Source: Mobula hypostoma
Taxonomy: Eukaryota
DNA length: 64,000 nt
Assembly: GCF_963921235.1 (NCBI RefSeq)
Contig: NC_086115.1
Span: 8,680,001 to 8,744,000, forward strand
Direction: 5' to 3'
In this document: positions 12,881 to 25,834 of the stretch, in pieces
Layout of the letters: the number at the start of each line of letters is the position of its first letter
Position numbering within the stretch: position 1 is the first letter of the stretch
Program-made: the position numbers and the translations under genes
Notes under the pieces: generated by a model
Databases searched by the model: none
The model's input: the letters and a program-made list of their open reading frames with translations, nothing else
What the model was told of the DNA's origin: nothing

Positions 12881-13473
12881 AAGATGTTCTTGGTATTATA
12901 TTCTTATTTGCAGTTTGTCTTCTTGTGCACATTTGTTGTTTATCAGTCTTGGTTTATGTATAGTTTTTCACAAATTCTATTGTATTTCTTTATTTTCCTG
13001 TAACTGTCTGCAAGCAGGTGAATCTCAAGGCAGTATATGGTAACACGTAATTATTTTATAAGTACACTGATTGCTTTGTGTACTAGGGAACCCAGCGTGG
13101 ATTTGTAAATGTATTTGAGCCTGTTACCCTGTGTTACAGCAATTTGAGCTACCGAAATTTGCTTCTTTGAAATTTCCAAATTACGACTCAAAAGATTTAA
13201 GACTCAAAATAAATTTCACAGTCACTGTACTTACATGAAAAAAAATAAACACAAAACGTATTTTTTCAGCCTGCACATCCTGATGTTTGGACAAAATGAC
13301 ATAGCTTCATGTTACAGAAAATCAAGCTGCAGACTGCAGCCCCTCCGTAACATAGAGTTGGCCAGTATTTGAGTGAGAGAGGTGAAAAATGCATATGGAA
13401 TTTGCTTCATACATTGCTGTACCAGCCACTGCCACTGACCAGGAGATGACTGCTTAAGTAGCTCTTTCTCGGG

Positions 13474-13668
13474 CTGGCTGGCGGTGTAGTGGCATCAGCA
13501 CTGGACTTCAAGGCAGATGGTCTTGAGTTCAAACCCAGCCGGGTCCCAACCTGGGCAGCAGCAGTATCTGTGTGGAAGAAAGTCCTGGCAATCTGCTTCT
13601 GTATCTTACCATGAAAACCCTATAGTCCATGAGATCATGAAGAGTTGGACTCAACTTAACAACTGAAC
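13474..13668 (+). mobile_element. tRNA-derived SINE with RTE/BovB-like 3' tail
   Basis: Head tggcggtgtagtgg...gagttcaaaccc; tail gtccatgagatcatgaagagttggactcaacttaacaactgaac. Confidence 0.6.
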
Positions 13669-13695
13669 GAGATGAGCTTTGAACTATTTACCCGG

Positions 13696-13919
13696 GCCGA
13701 CTATCTGTCCTTTTCCGAGGTTACGTCCATGCCTGGCTGTCCTTGGAGAGGGAGCACGCAGTCGTGGCAGGCACACTGGGGAATTTCCATGCAGTGATTC
13801 TCCCGCGGTATAGACAGTAGCAACCGTATTGTAATTTGAGTGTAGTTATGTCCTGTAAATATTGATCATCTTGTGTCTATGTGTTGTAAGTAAACTTGCA
13901 TAGTTTTGATATAAAAAAA
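13696..13919 (+). mobile_element. Tx1/L1-clade LINE 3' end
   Basis: Reads FRGYVHAWLSLEREHAVVAGTLGNF, resembling the Tx1 ORF2 C-terminus; followed by a short UTR and an A-rich tail. Confidence 0.6.
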
Positions 13920-14959
13920 GGAGCTCTTCCTCTGTCACAGAACAGCAACACTAAAATGCCTATAGACACTGAGGTAAAGGATAGGTGACCCCTATCAAAT
14001 CAGGCTGAGGAATGTCCATGGATGTTGCTAAAATGGACAGCATTCCATAAAACTCCACAGGAGGCACTCTTGGATAAAGTAGATATTCATAGAATTGATA
14101 ACAAGTTATCAATTTTTATTAGGGAAAAGGATGAGCAAAATCCTTTATGGACAACATTCATGTACTCAGATTGGCAGGTGTGACGGTGGTGTCCTGTGTT
14201 GGAGCCTCGTCTATTCACTTTGTGTATTCGTCACTTAGATAATGGGATGGGAACCCACATAAATGTGTTCATTGCTGAAGCAGAGGCAAGATGCACTGCA
14301 GATGAAACCAGAAAATTACAAAATTCATAGATAAATAGAAAATGGACAATTCTGGAGCCAACAGATTTATGGAGACCAGTGTGAGACCATTCACACAAGG
14401 CCCTTCTTCGTTCTCTCTTTTTCTATTGCCCTCTCACCCCTTCTCTTGCACTCACCTCTCTCTGGTCCCTTTTCTCCATGGTCCACTGTCCTCTGCTATT
14501 AGATTCACTCTTCAGCCCTTTACCCATTCCATCTATCGCCTCCCAGCTTCTCTCTTCATACCCCCTCCACGCCGACCCAGCTTCCTCCTCACCTGGTCTC
14601 ACTTATCACCTGCCTGTATGTATCCTACTCCTCCAGCCATCTGATTTTGGTCTCTCCCTGCTTCCTGTCCAGTCCTGATGGATAAAACACTGAAACAACA
14701 ACTGTTCATCCCTTTCCCTCTATGCTGCCTGACTTGCAGAGTTCCTTTGGCAATTTGCCTGTGTTGCTCTGGTTTCCATAAAGGTGGAAACAAGCGATTT
14801 TGGAATGTATCTGCAAGGAACTTTAAAATCTGGATGGATATTGAAAAGTCCATAGATTCTGGAGATTACAAAGATTAATTGTTTTGCTATGGCTTAAAAA
14901 TCCCAATACCTTCACAAGAAAAACACTTTGAGTGATTCTAGTACTCTCGGGTTAAGAGG

Positions 14960-15392
14960 AGTGTTTGATGGCTCTGGACCTGAACTCGCCAGAGCTTAGA
15001 AAGTGGTGGGGGTGGAATCTCATTGAAACTGATCAAATATTGAAAGGCCTGAATGAGTGGACCTGGAGAGGATGTTTCCTATGGTGCGGGAGTCTAGGAC
15101 CAAAGGACACAGCCTCAGGGTAAAAGGATGTCCTTTTAGATCAGAGATGAGGAGGAATTTCTTTAGCTGAAGGATGGTGAATCTGTGGAATTCATTGCCA
15201 CAGATGGCTGTGTGGACCAAGCAATTGGGTATATTTCAAGTTGATAGGTTCTTGATTAGTAAGAACGCCAAAGGTTATTGGGAGAAGGCAGAAGAATGGG
15301 GTTGAAAGGGAAAATAAATCAGCCATGATGGAACAGTGGAGCAGACTCGATGGGCTGAATTACTTAATTCTGCCCGTCTTATGGTCTTATGG
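14960..15392 (+). mobile_element. CR1 LINE 3' fragment
   Basis: gaggaggaatttctttagc...gtggaattcattgccacag signature with a (cttatggt) tail. Confidence 0.78.
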
Positions 15393-16686
15393 AAGGATGC
15401 AGTGGGCTTCGAAGGAATCATAATAGATTCACCAGAGTGATCCTAGGACTCCAAGAGTTAAGTTACAATGCAGATTGTACAGACCGGAACTATACTGATA
15501 GTGGTCTGAGGGCAAAAGACAGTTTGAAGATATTGATAAGAATTGAGAGCATGCATTAAGAGAAGTGATATCCATTCTCTCCAGAGGGAAAGTTTAAAAA
15601 TAAGAAGCACTTTTCTCCAAACAAAGAGCATTTCCACTCACACACATTGCGGCTGATGTGTAGAATTCTCTAATGCAAGACTAAAGATGAGCTGATTTGT
15701 CACGTGTTCATTGAAACATCAAAACAAACAGTAAAATGCATCGTGTACGTCAACAATCAACACAGTCCCAAGAATGTGCTGGGGGAAGCCTGCAAGTGTT
15801 GTCACACATTGCAGCGCCAACACAGCACGGCCACAACTTACTAACCCTAACCCTAACCTGTACGTCTTTGGAACGTGGGCACCCAGAGGAAACCCACGCA
15901 GATATGGGGAGAACGTACAAACTCCTCGCTGGCGGGCTGTCGAAGCACATCACTTTTAATGCAAGTGGCACATTTCACTGTGTGTTTTGTTGCCTCGACG
16001 TAGATGTGACAGATGAAGCTAATCTTTATTAAAGGATCTGGGATAACGGTCGATACATGAAATTAGGTGAGAGATTAGCCACAATCTCATTGCATGGCTA
16101 AGCAGGCTTAAGGAGTATTTATACCCTTAGAAAGCAAAATCAGGAAGATCTGAACACAGTTTTGCTTTATGTGGCGTTTATGGTGTAAATAACCATGCCA
16201 ACCATGTTATTTTATAATATTTTGATTCATAGAATAATTGGATTCAAAATTGACAATCGGCCTGGTGCATTGTGCGTTAGTGGCAGAGAGCCGAATCTTG
16301 CCATTCAGAGCTCTATGTGAGTTTTCATTGAGTAAAGGGGCCAAGTTTCTCCAGGAAAGCCCCTGCCTCTTCACTTTATACTTTCTTTCAGGATTTATTA
16401 GCAATTTTCTCTGACTATGGCTGCTTTCCTAAAGGACTTGAGTACAATTTTGGGGATGAACACCTCTCCTCAAAGCCCCTACATCTACAGTATATTACTG
16501 ACAGTGGGAGACTAATCTAATCGCACATTAATACGCTCATACATACTCACTTGCAAGGATTCTGCAACTCTCTTCATCCCCACTCCCCCACCCACCTACC
16601 TTCCCCCTCACCTGGCTTCACCCTTCACCTTCCAGCTTGTACTCCTTCCCCCACCTTCTTATTCTGGCTTTTTCCACCTTTTCTTC

Positions 16687-16724
16687 CAGTCCTGATGAAA
16701 GATCTCGGCCTGAAACGTCGACTG
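16687..16724 (+). ncRNA. Minimal hammerhead ribozyme motif
   Basis: CAGTC-CTGATGA-AAGATCTCGGCCT-GAAAC-GTC^GACTG, with a 5-bp stem I. Confidence 0.65.
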
Positions 16725-16989
16725 TTTATTCCTCTCCATAGATGCTGTCTGACCTGCTAAGTTCCTCCAGCACTTTATGTGTGTTACAACATAGAACATA
16801 ACAGTCCTTTGTCCCACAATGTTGTGCTAACCTTTTAACCTACTCTAACGTCAATATAACCCTTCTCTCCCACACTACCCTCCATTTTTCTATCATCCGA
16901 AATTCCTCAACATTTCCAGAATCCCTCGTGTTTACACAATGGATTGTTGCGTTTTACAATAAGAATGATAGATTTCCTTCTCTAAAGAG

Positions 16990-17215
16990 GAGGGAACGTC
17001 GACTCAGACCATGGAAGGCCTGCGTCAGGCATTTTCATGCCTTACAAGGCGCAGATTGGAAGTCTGTGTGGGGCGCTACTCCTCGCACAGACTAGAACAA
17101 TGTGTGGTTAAGTGCCTTGCTCAAGGGCACAAACACGCTGCCACAGCTGAGGCTCGAACTAGCAACCTTCAGATCACTAGACGAACGCCTTAACCGCTTT
17201 GTGATGTGCCCAACA
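16990..17215 (-). mobile_element. tRNA-derived SINE (same head as the 1607 copy)
   Basis: Reverse complement of the same tRNA-like head and core. Confidence 0.75.
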
Positions 17216-18023
17216 CAAAGACATTGATGTCTCTAAAAGACATCAGTAACTATTGATAAGAGTTTATTTAAAATCTAGTTCTACTCATCTAAGTTAAATT
17301 AAATTCCCCAGCTGTGATGGTGACATTCATATCTTTGAATCATTTGTCAACACTTCAGTATTTTACCCTCAATGACATTGCTTCCCTCTTAGAAAAATAC
17401 TTTTTCCATTAAATGGAAAGCTGAATTGAAGAGCAAATGTCTAAAGATCATGGAATAATTATAATATTATTATATAAAGCAGACCGAGGCCATTCAGCTC
17501 ATCACAAATATAGTGTTTGAGCTTTTCATAGATTCTATTGTATTGCTTTGTTCTTCTGTGAATGCCAGCAAGAAAATAAATCTCAGGGCAGTATATGGTG
17601 GCATATACATACTTTGATAATGAATTCACTTTGAACTTTGAAAGCTTAATCACATCTTCTAGCCATAGATCTTCTAAAACCTCATCCATGTGATGAGGGT
17701 TCCAGTCTTCACCAGTGAGACACTTTCATCCAGAGAGATACAAGTATCCATTCCACTTGAGGGACAAATTCCACCTATTCTCTTCCCTTGTTCTTCTCCC
17801 AACAACTTTAAGATCCCTCAAAGTTGCCGTGCAAGTTGATAGGGTAGATCAGAAGATGTATGGCTTGTTGGCCTTCATTGGTCAGGAGACTGAGTTCAGG
17901 AGATGATGTTACAGCTCTACAAATTCTGGTCAGACCAAACCTAGTTCTATTCTCCTCTGGTTGTCTCATTATACAAAGGATGTGGAAGTTTTAGAGAGGG
18001 CGCAGAGGAGATTTATGAGATGT

Positions 18024-18560
18024 TAGGCTGAAGAGAATGCTGGAAATCCTGAACAATGCACACAAGATGCTGGAGGAACTCTCCGTATCAAGCAACATCT
18101 ATGGTGCGGAATAAAGAGTTGACGTTTTGGGCCAAGACCCTTAGTCAGGGCAGGAATGGAAGGGAGCAGAAGCCAGAATAAGAAGTTGGAGGGAGATGAA
18201 GCGTACAAGACACTAGGGAGAAGTGAGACCAGATGAAGGAACAGGTGGGTGGATGAGGGGAGGGGTGAAGTAAAAAACTGGGAGGTGATAGGCAGAGGAG
18301 GTAAAAGGATGAAAAAGAAGGAATTTAATAGGAGAGGGTAGTGAACCAAGGAATAAAGGGAAGGAGGAGGGAACCAGAGGGAGGTAATGAGCAGGTGAGG
18401 ACAAGAGAAGGGGTGAGAGGGCAACTAGAATGGGGCTGGAAGAAGAGGGGGGGGGGGAGGGAGAATAAGTACCAGAAGTTATAGAAATTGCTGTTCGTGC
18501 CATCGGATTGGAAGTTGCCCTGACGGAAAATGAGGTGTTGCTCCTCCACCCAATCCAGGT
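18024..18560 (-). mobile_element. Penelope 3' end inserted into a CR1 fragment
   Basis: EEQHLIFRQGNFQSDGTNSNF on the minus strand plus terminal repeat; CR1 sequence on both sides (about 17810-19020). Confidence 0.72.
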
Positions 18561-21500
18561 TGTCAGTTCAGGATGCTGCCTGGATTAGAGTGCATGTCAT
18601 AGGATGAAAGGCTGTGCATGCTGGGGCATTCTTCTTTGGAGCACTGGAGGATGAGAGGCAACTTGATAGCGTATACTCTATAAGATTATGAGAGGCAAAG
18701 ATAGCATGGACAGAGAGTGCCCTTTTCCCCAGGGTGGCCATGGCCAAAACCAGAGGGCATCTGTTTAATATGACTAGAGGAAAGCAAAGGGGAGATGTAA
18801 GAGGTAGGTATTTTATAGAGAGAATGGTGGGTACCAGGGACGGTTGTAGAAGCTGATACAATAGGGACACCTAAACGATTCTAGGACATGGATGTACGAA
18901 AGACGGAAGTTTATAGACAGTGCGGAAGGGAAGGGTTTAGTCTGCTCCTGGAGTAGTTTTATATAGGTCACACAGCATCATGGACCAAAAGGCTCATTCT
19001 CTGTTGTACTGTTCCGTCTTCTAAATGTATACTCCAAAGATCTTGAGACCCTGCTAAGGACAGTAACTCATTCCTATTTATTCTATCTAGAATGAAACGT
19101 TATCAAATTCAACCTTGCCTCTCCATTGCTCAAAAGAAAATCGCAGCCTTTCCAAACTATATTCATCACTAAACTGTTGATCTGAGGTTTCCTGTTACAT
19201 GTTGTCTGCAGGTGAACACAGTATTCAGTATGAGATCCATTCAAGAGGAAGCTAGATCAGTCCATAAAGGAGATGTTGATTTGATGAGAGTCCATGTGGT
19301 CCACAAGTACCAGCATGGGCCAGTCAGACCGACACTGTCAATGATACTGTATTGAAAACAATAAATAAGAAGACCAAGCTAATTATGAATGTGATTCGCT
19401 AGCACCAGCCATTATTTAAATATCTGCAGGTTAGAGGAAATTCAGAAGGAGAGATTGAAACCCAAACAGATTTAAGTGCAGACTTAATGCCAGTGAATTG
19501 AAACCATAGGACCATAAGATATAGGAGCAGAAGCAGGCCATTTGGCCCATCACGTCTGCTCCACCATTAAGTCATGGGCTGATACAATTCTTCCAGTAGA
19601 CCCACTCCCCTGCCTTCTCCCCACACCCTTTGATGCCCTGGCTAATCAAGAACCTATCTATCTCTGCCTTAAATACACCCAATGACTTGGCTTCCACAGC
19701 CGCTCATGACAACAAATTCCACAGATTCACCACCCTCTGACTAAATTAGTTTCTCTGCATCTCCATTCTAAATGGACGTCCTTCAATCCTGAAGTCATGC
19801 CCTGTTGTCCCAGAAACAAAATAATATTACAAAATTCCATTTTCAATTCAATAGAGTAAACAAGAAACAAATCTCGATCAGCACAGGAACAAGCCATGAT
19901 GTTAGACCATCAGACATAGGGGCAGAATTAGGCCAAATGTTATGCCTAGCCAACTAAATTAGTAATTAAACGTCTAACTAAACAAATCCCTTCTGGCCTA
20001 CACAAGGTTCATATGCTCTGCATATTCATGTGCCTATCTATCTATATACTGTATATTTGTGTGTGTGCCCATTGCATCAGTGGTGCTTAGGGCAGCAATG
20101 AAGTTCCTGCTTCTCTGTCCAAGGTCACTCAGATGTAGAAGGATTCTTCATTGCTGTGTCTGTAACAATTTTGTTTTACCAATCGGGGTTGTTAGCCCTG
20201 AGCTGAACCCCCCCCACCCCCACCCTTTGACCCATTTTGGCATGGGTGACCCTAACAAAAGCCAAAGCATAAAGCCGTGACTTCAGCCAACATAGCTCTC
20301 CGGGTCATTGAGGCACACAGGCCTCCAAACCCAAGGACAAGGCTGTAGTCCTCCTGGAGGATGTGACCATCTAACAGCATGTTAATACCTCTAACATATT
20401 TGCCTCTATCATCCCTAGTAGCACAAACCAGGCAGCCACCACTCTCTGTGCAAAATAAAACTTGCCCTTTGAACTTACTCCCTCTCATCTAAATTGCATG
20501 CCCTCTAGTATTTCCACTCTGAGAAAAAGATACTGCTGCCTACTCAATCTTTACCACCCATAACCTTACCAACTCCCCTCAGCCTCTGACGTTCCAGATA
20601 GAACAACTCAAGTTTGTCCAGCCTCTTTTTATAGCACATGCCCTCTAATCCAGGCTGTGTCCTAGTAACCCTCTTCTGCACCCGCTCCAAAGCATCGACA
20701 GCCTTCCTATAACGCAATAATTCAAATGCAGCCTAACTGGAGTTTTATAATGCTGCAACATAACTTCCAAACTTTTGAACTCAGTGCCTTGGCTAATAAA
20801 GGCAAACATACCATGTTCCTGCCTTACCTCCCTGTCAGCCTATGCAGTCACTTCCAGGGAGCTCTGGACTTGGATCCCAAAGTCCACCTGCACATCAACA
20901 CTGCAAAGGGTTCTGCATCAACAATGCTCTGTTCCCCTACATTTGATCTCCCAAAAATGCAACACTTCACATTTTAAACACAAGAGTTTCTGTAGATGCT
21001 GGCAAACCAGAGTAACGCACACAAAATGTTGCAGGAACTCAGCAGGTCAGGCAGCATCTATGGAGGGGAGCAAACGGTCGATGTTTTGGGACCCTTCATC
21101 AGGACTGGAAAGGAAGAAGCTGGAATAAGATGGAGGTGGTGGAGAGGGAGGGGAACAATAATAATAATAATAAATATGTTATTGATCCTGAGTGGGAAAT
21201 TATTTTGTTACAGCAGCAACATTTAAAAACACACTTAGCAGTCTGAAGACTTAACTAATAATAAAGTATAGAATAATAATATACACAATAATAATTTACC
21301 AATGTGCAATAATAATGTATGAAATAATAAGACAGAGACTATTGTACTACGATGTGTGTTCTCAGGACTACAAGGTAGCAAGTGATAGGTGAAACTGGGA
21401 GAGGAGGATAGATGGAAGATATGAAGGGCTGAAGAAGAACAAATCTGATACGAGAGGAGAGTGGACCATAGGAGAAAGGGAAAGAGGAAGGTGATGGGTA

Positions 21501-22445
21501 GGTGAGGAGAAGGGAAAGGGTAAGAGGGGTGCCAGAATGGGGAACAGAAGGAGTGAAGGGGCATAGAAGGGAACCAGTGAGAGAGGGCTCTCACTGAATT
21601 CCTGGCAAAGAAAAGATTGAACATTCTTTAGGGTAGGCATAACTCAAAGAGACTTCACAGTTGAGTAGCAAATCATAAACACAAGAGATTCAGCAGATGA
21701 TGGATTTCCTTCACATTGGCCCTGATTAAACTCAATTTGCCATTTCTCTGAGCATATCTGCAAATGATCTGTATCCCAATGCATTCTCCAGCAGTCTTCA
21801 ACACTATCCATTACATCAAACAGAAGAGCTGGGGGAGCAGTGTCTATGGAGGGAGATACAGGACTGGCAGGGTAAGGGGGAGACAGTTGGAGTAAAAAGA
21901 TGGGGGAGGACGAAAGGTGGACTCACTTGAGGGACGGGGGTGAGTGGAAATGTTGCCAGAAGCTGGGAGGTGATAGGTGGAAGTTAAAAATGGCTGAAGA
22001 AAATGGAACCTGACAGGAGCCAGGGGAAAGGATACTGCTGCCTACTCTATCTACGACACTCGTAATCTTATGTAAGCTTCTATCAGATCTCCCCTCATTC
22101 TCTGCTGCTCCAGAGAACACCACCCAGGTTTGTCCAACCTTACAGCACGTGGAACCACGGAAAGGCTGCGGGATATTCTCTGAAAAGACTGAGCAATTTT
22201 TTTTCCATGATATAAAAATGGATCACATATTACATATGGATGAAATATGGATTTAATAAAATATATTTTATATAAAATATCTAATCTCCCTGAAGCAAAC
22301 ATCACATTTAACATCACTTCCAACAGAATGGTAAGTGACATGCCAGTGGACATAAACCCCATAAAGTGGCTTAAATAAAGTCGCATAATTGGCTACTACA
22401 TTAATTTAATAACATAATTGTTAAAAATTATCAATGAAAACTCAC

Positions 22446-22757
22446 CATGTTGGGTCTCCCCGCAAAGAACTTGCCCTTTTTAGTGAGGACCTCCTTGGCA
22501 TACCGATAGTGATTGATCACTACCGTATACTGAGGACCCATCATCAGGGAGAAGAGATCGCCATAGTCCTTCTGGAAACGCTGATAGAGCAGGTGAACAG
22601 GAAGGTTGCTCCTCAGGCTAAGCAGGCTACCAATGAATGGGAAGGAAGGCAAACTTTTCGGGTGCTTTCCCCCCTTAAGCTTTTTATGAACAAGGCTGGT
22701 GAAAGATAAGATGACAAAGCTAATTGTAATGATCAGAGTAGTCACAGTCAGATCCAT
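22446..22757 (-). CDS. CYP17A1: CYP17A1-like exon 1 ([10 protein letters not shown]...KFFAGRPNM)
   Basis: N-terminal membrane anchor, proline-rich [13 protein letters not shown] and FAGRP motif; donor ATG|gtgagt; TATA box upstream. Confidence 0.93.
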
Positions 22758-22822
22758 TTTCTCCAAAAGCCTGAATCGGGATCTTCTCTGACTCGAGTGG
22801 ATCAAAGCGAGAGTCCAAGCCC

Positions 22823-22851
22823 TTTTATACAGCTGAGAGTCAATGCCTTGG
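22823..22851 (-). promoter_or_regulatory. CYP17 core promoter: TATA box (TATAAAA, 22829-22823) and SF-1/NR5A-like site (CCAAGGCAT, 22851-22843)
   Basis: The TATA box lies about 70 nt upstream of the ATG. The CAAGG core resembles the Ad4/SF-1 element of steroidogenic genes (motif match only). Confidence 0.6.
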
Positions 22852-24246
22852 GGTGTTAACAGCAGGGAGATATGCCTTTGACTGTTTGCCTTAATTCATA
22901 TCTCAGCATTTTTGTTACCCAGCCAGATTTCAGAGAAGACTGCATCTGCAGAGGGCACTCTAACTCCAACCGACTTACACTAGTCAATGATATGAACTGA
23001 ACTAAGCTAAGAATGGGAAGTGGCAAATGCAGACTGTATGGGATAGATGTTACAGTCAGTTGTAAAGTGACAGTACTTGCCATTCAGTACGTTGAGAGAC
23101 AGCTTCCCCATCAGAAACATAATCAGATATATTACAGATTACTTATTTGAAGCAAAAGAGGACTGAGTGTTCTCCTAATCTAGATATGTGCCAGCAGTAG
23201 AGGATAAAGACAAAATTAATATAAATTACAAAAACACTACAAAAGAATGGAAAGAGGGTGGTGTTCATGAGCTTGTGGACTGTTCAGAAATCTGATAGCC
23301 AAAGGGAAGAATCCGTTCCTAAGACATGTTGCTCTATTTTTGCACTTGTTATTTATTTTTAAAACTATTTCATATTGTAACTTCTAGTTCTTTTATGTAC
23401 TGCCTCTGCAAATCAACAATATACAGTATGTCAGAGGTAATAAACCTGATTCAAATTCTGATTTTGACATGTACCAAGATAGAGTGAAAAGCTTGCCTTG
23501 CATATTGTTCATACGGGTCAGATCATAACAGTTCATTAGGGAGAACGAGGTAAAACAATAACAGAATGCAGAATAAAGTGTAACAGCTACAGAGAAAGTG
23601 CAGTGCAGAAAAGCAATAAGATGCAAGATCATGAGATAGATTGTGAGGTCAAGAGTCCATCTTATTGTACTAAGGAACCAGTCAATGGTCTTACAATAAC
23701 CAGGTAGAAGCTGTCCTTGAGCTCAGTGTATGGGCTTTCAGGTTTCTGTATCTTCTGCCCAGTGGGGGGGAGGGGGTGTCTGGGACATGTAGTATCTTTG
23801 ATTACGCTGGTTGAAGGCTATTGTTAAGTTTACCAGCTCCCTGAGCTGTTAAGTTACATAAATTTTGGCGTGAGTTCTTTCCTGCTAAATCCAACAATAG
23901 TTTGGCCTCTAAATTACTTCTTTGCTTTTTAATGGCATTAAAACAAATCCTGTGCCATCCCAGTACTGTGTTTAGAAATCCCATGAAGATTATGATCTTC
24001 AACTGCAAGCTTCCTAGAACAGTGTTGTGGAACACATTGTTACAGAGAGTGCACTAGGAAAAATAGGCAGAAAGAAGTCCCATCAAAGAGCAGAAGAGGG
24101 CTTCTTCAAGGTTAGCGTTCTCGGAAGAAAGATGGCAGTGAAATCAACAACAACAACAACAACAAATCTGCAGATGCTGGAAAGCTGAAATAAAACCGGA
24201 AAACACTCAGCAGATCAGGCAGCATCTGTAGAAAGAGAAAACGGAC

Positions 24247-25130
24247 ATGGTTTCTTTCTCCCACACCATCACTGACCTTATTTACTCTGGGGATCTCCTA
24301 TCCACTGCCACCAACCTCATAGTTCCCTCACCCCGTAATCCCGTTTCTACCTCCTACCCAAGATCCACAAACCCGTTTGTCCAGGTAGACGCATTGTTTC
24401 TGCCCCACAGAACTTGTATCTGCATACCTTGACTCTGTCTCCACTAAATCTGCTCTCAGGATGAGGCTTTTCATTCCAGAACTACAGAGATGTCCTTCTT
24501 CCTCAAAGAAAGGGGCTTCCCTTCCTCCACCATCAATGCTGCCCTCAACCGTAGCTCTTCCATTTCGCATATGTCTGCCCTCTCCCCATCCTCCCACCAT
24601 CCCACAACTTCCACCATCTCCAACGGGATCCCATTACCAAACACATCTTTCCCTCCCCACCCCGCGACTCCCTTGTCCATTCATCCCTCCACACTGATCT
24701 CACTCCTGGCACTTAACCTTGCAAATGGAACAAGTGCTACACCTTGGTGGGGGAAGGGGAAGGGTCCTGACGAAGGGTCTCGGCCTGAAATGTCGACTGT
24801 ACCGCTTCCTAGAGATGCTGCCTGGCCTGCTGCGTTCACCAGCGACTTTGATGTGAAGTGCTACACCTGCCCTTTTACTTCCCCCCTCCCGCCCTCCTGG
24901 TTTCACCGATCATCTTGTGTTTTTTCCTCCCTTCCCCCCTCTCCTCCCCTTCTTACACTGACTCCTCACCTTTTTTCTTCTCCAATTCTGATGAAGGGTC
25001 TCGGTCCAAAATATCACCTGTACTTCTTTCCATAGATGCTGCCTGGCCTGCTGAGTTCCTCCAGCATTTTGTGTGTGTTGCTTGGATCCTCTTCCACAGA
25101 TGCTGCCTGGCCTGCTGAGTGTTTTCTACA
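24247..25130 (+). mobile_element. Penelope-like retroelement remnant (RT, HTH and GIY-YIG pieces plus terminal repeat)
   Basis: TITDLIYSGDL, FYLLPKIHKP, ICSQDEAFHSRTTEMSFFLKERGFP and CKWNKCYTC fragments followed by hammerhead-bearing repeats. Confidence 0.8.
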
Positions 25131-25243
25131 TTTTCTGTTTTTATATAAAAAAAGGAGTGTTCAGTTACCCATGCGAGCACCAGATAGTTCCTATAGCCAG
25201 TGATATAATTATATTGAACATATTAACTGAGATTTTTTATTAC

Positions 25244-25834
25244 CAGACATCCCACCCTGCAAAAACTCATTTCAGGGAGGTAGCACCATCAGTTTGCGGG
25301 AGACTTCCGGGAGAGATGAGATGACTGCAATAGAGTAGCTCCTTAGCAGCTGGCCAGCTAGTTTAAATAACGTTAGCTATGCTAATGAACAAATGACACC
25401 TGTTAAACTCATCTCAACATGTCTTTTACATTTTAACCCACCATGAGCAATAGAAAAGTCACTGTTGCAAACTGTGCAGTGAGCAACACTGTCATTATTT
25501 GGACCCGTATTAGGCAGGGGTACACTTTAGTGTAGTCTGGGGTGACGTACGTTTTATATTCTTTTTGGAACACTCTGCCATGGCGCGCTCTTGCTCGTGT
25601 GTGCGCTCTCTCTCTCGCGTGGTTGCTTGCACGCTCTTGCTTGCTTTCGCTCACGCTTGTTTTCTCTCGCTCTCACTCTCTCTCGCGCTCTCTCGTGGTC
25701 GCTCTCTCTTGCTTTCTCTCGCTCGCTCTCAAAAAAATTGATTTCCGTGATATTGTATATAATTTGCGGGCATCAGGGAGCCACTATTCATATGCGGGAG
25801 ACCCCCCGAACTTCTGGGAGAGGTGGGATGTCTG
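25244..25834 (-). mobile_element. Non-autonomous hAT-like element, copy 1
   Basis: TIRs CAGACATCCCACC/GGTGGGATGTCTG; 6-bp duplication tattac; remnant of a BED-type zinc-finger region; closely similar copy at 57090. Confidence 0.85.

Larger units (their letters stand above)
831..22757 (-). other. CYP17A1: CYP17A1-like gene span (steroid 17-alpha-hydroxylase/17,20-lyase family P450), coding exons 1-7; exon 8 lies outside the window
   Basis: Seven exons with GT-AG ends join into one open frame. Internal exon sizes are 139/230/87/207/170/104 nt, close to the human CYP17A1 structure. WxxxR, AGxETT and ExxR P450 motifs are present. The gene is head-to-head with BORCS7, as in human. Confidence 0.93.

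Noticed and set aside
1181-21110. Apparent decay of hammerheads on the CYP17 sense strand versus an intact antisense copy
   Set aside because: There are too few copies, and age plus CpG decay explain the pattern without selection.
22758-22805. N-terminal extension [16 protein letters not shown] on CYP17
   Set aside because: It starts at a TTG close to the TATA box; the real start is the ATG at 22757 before the membrane anchor.
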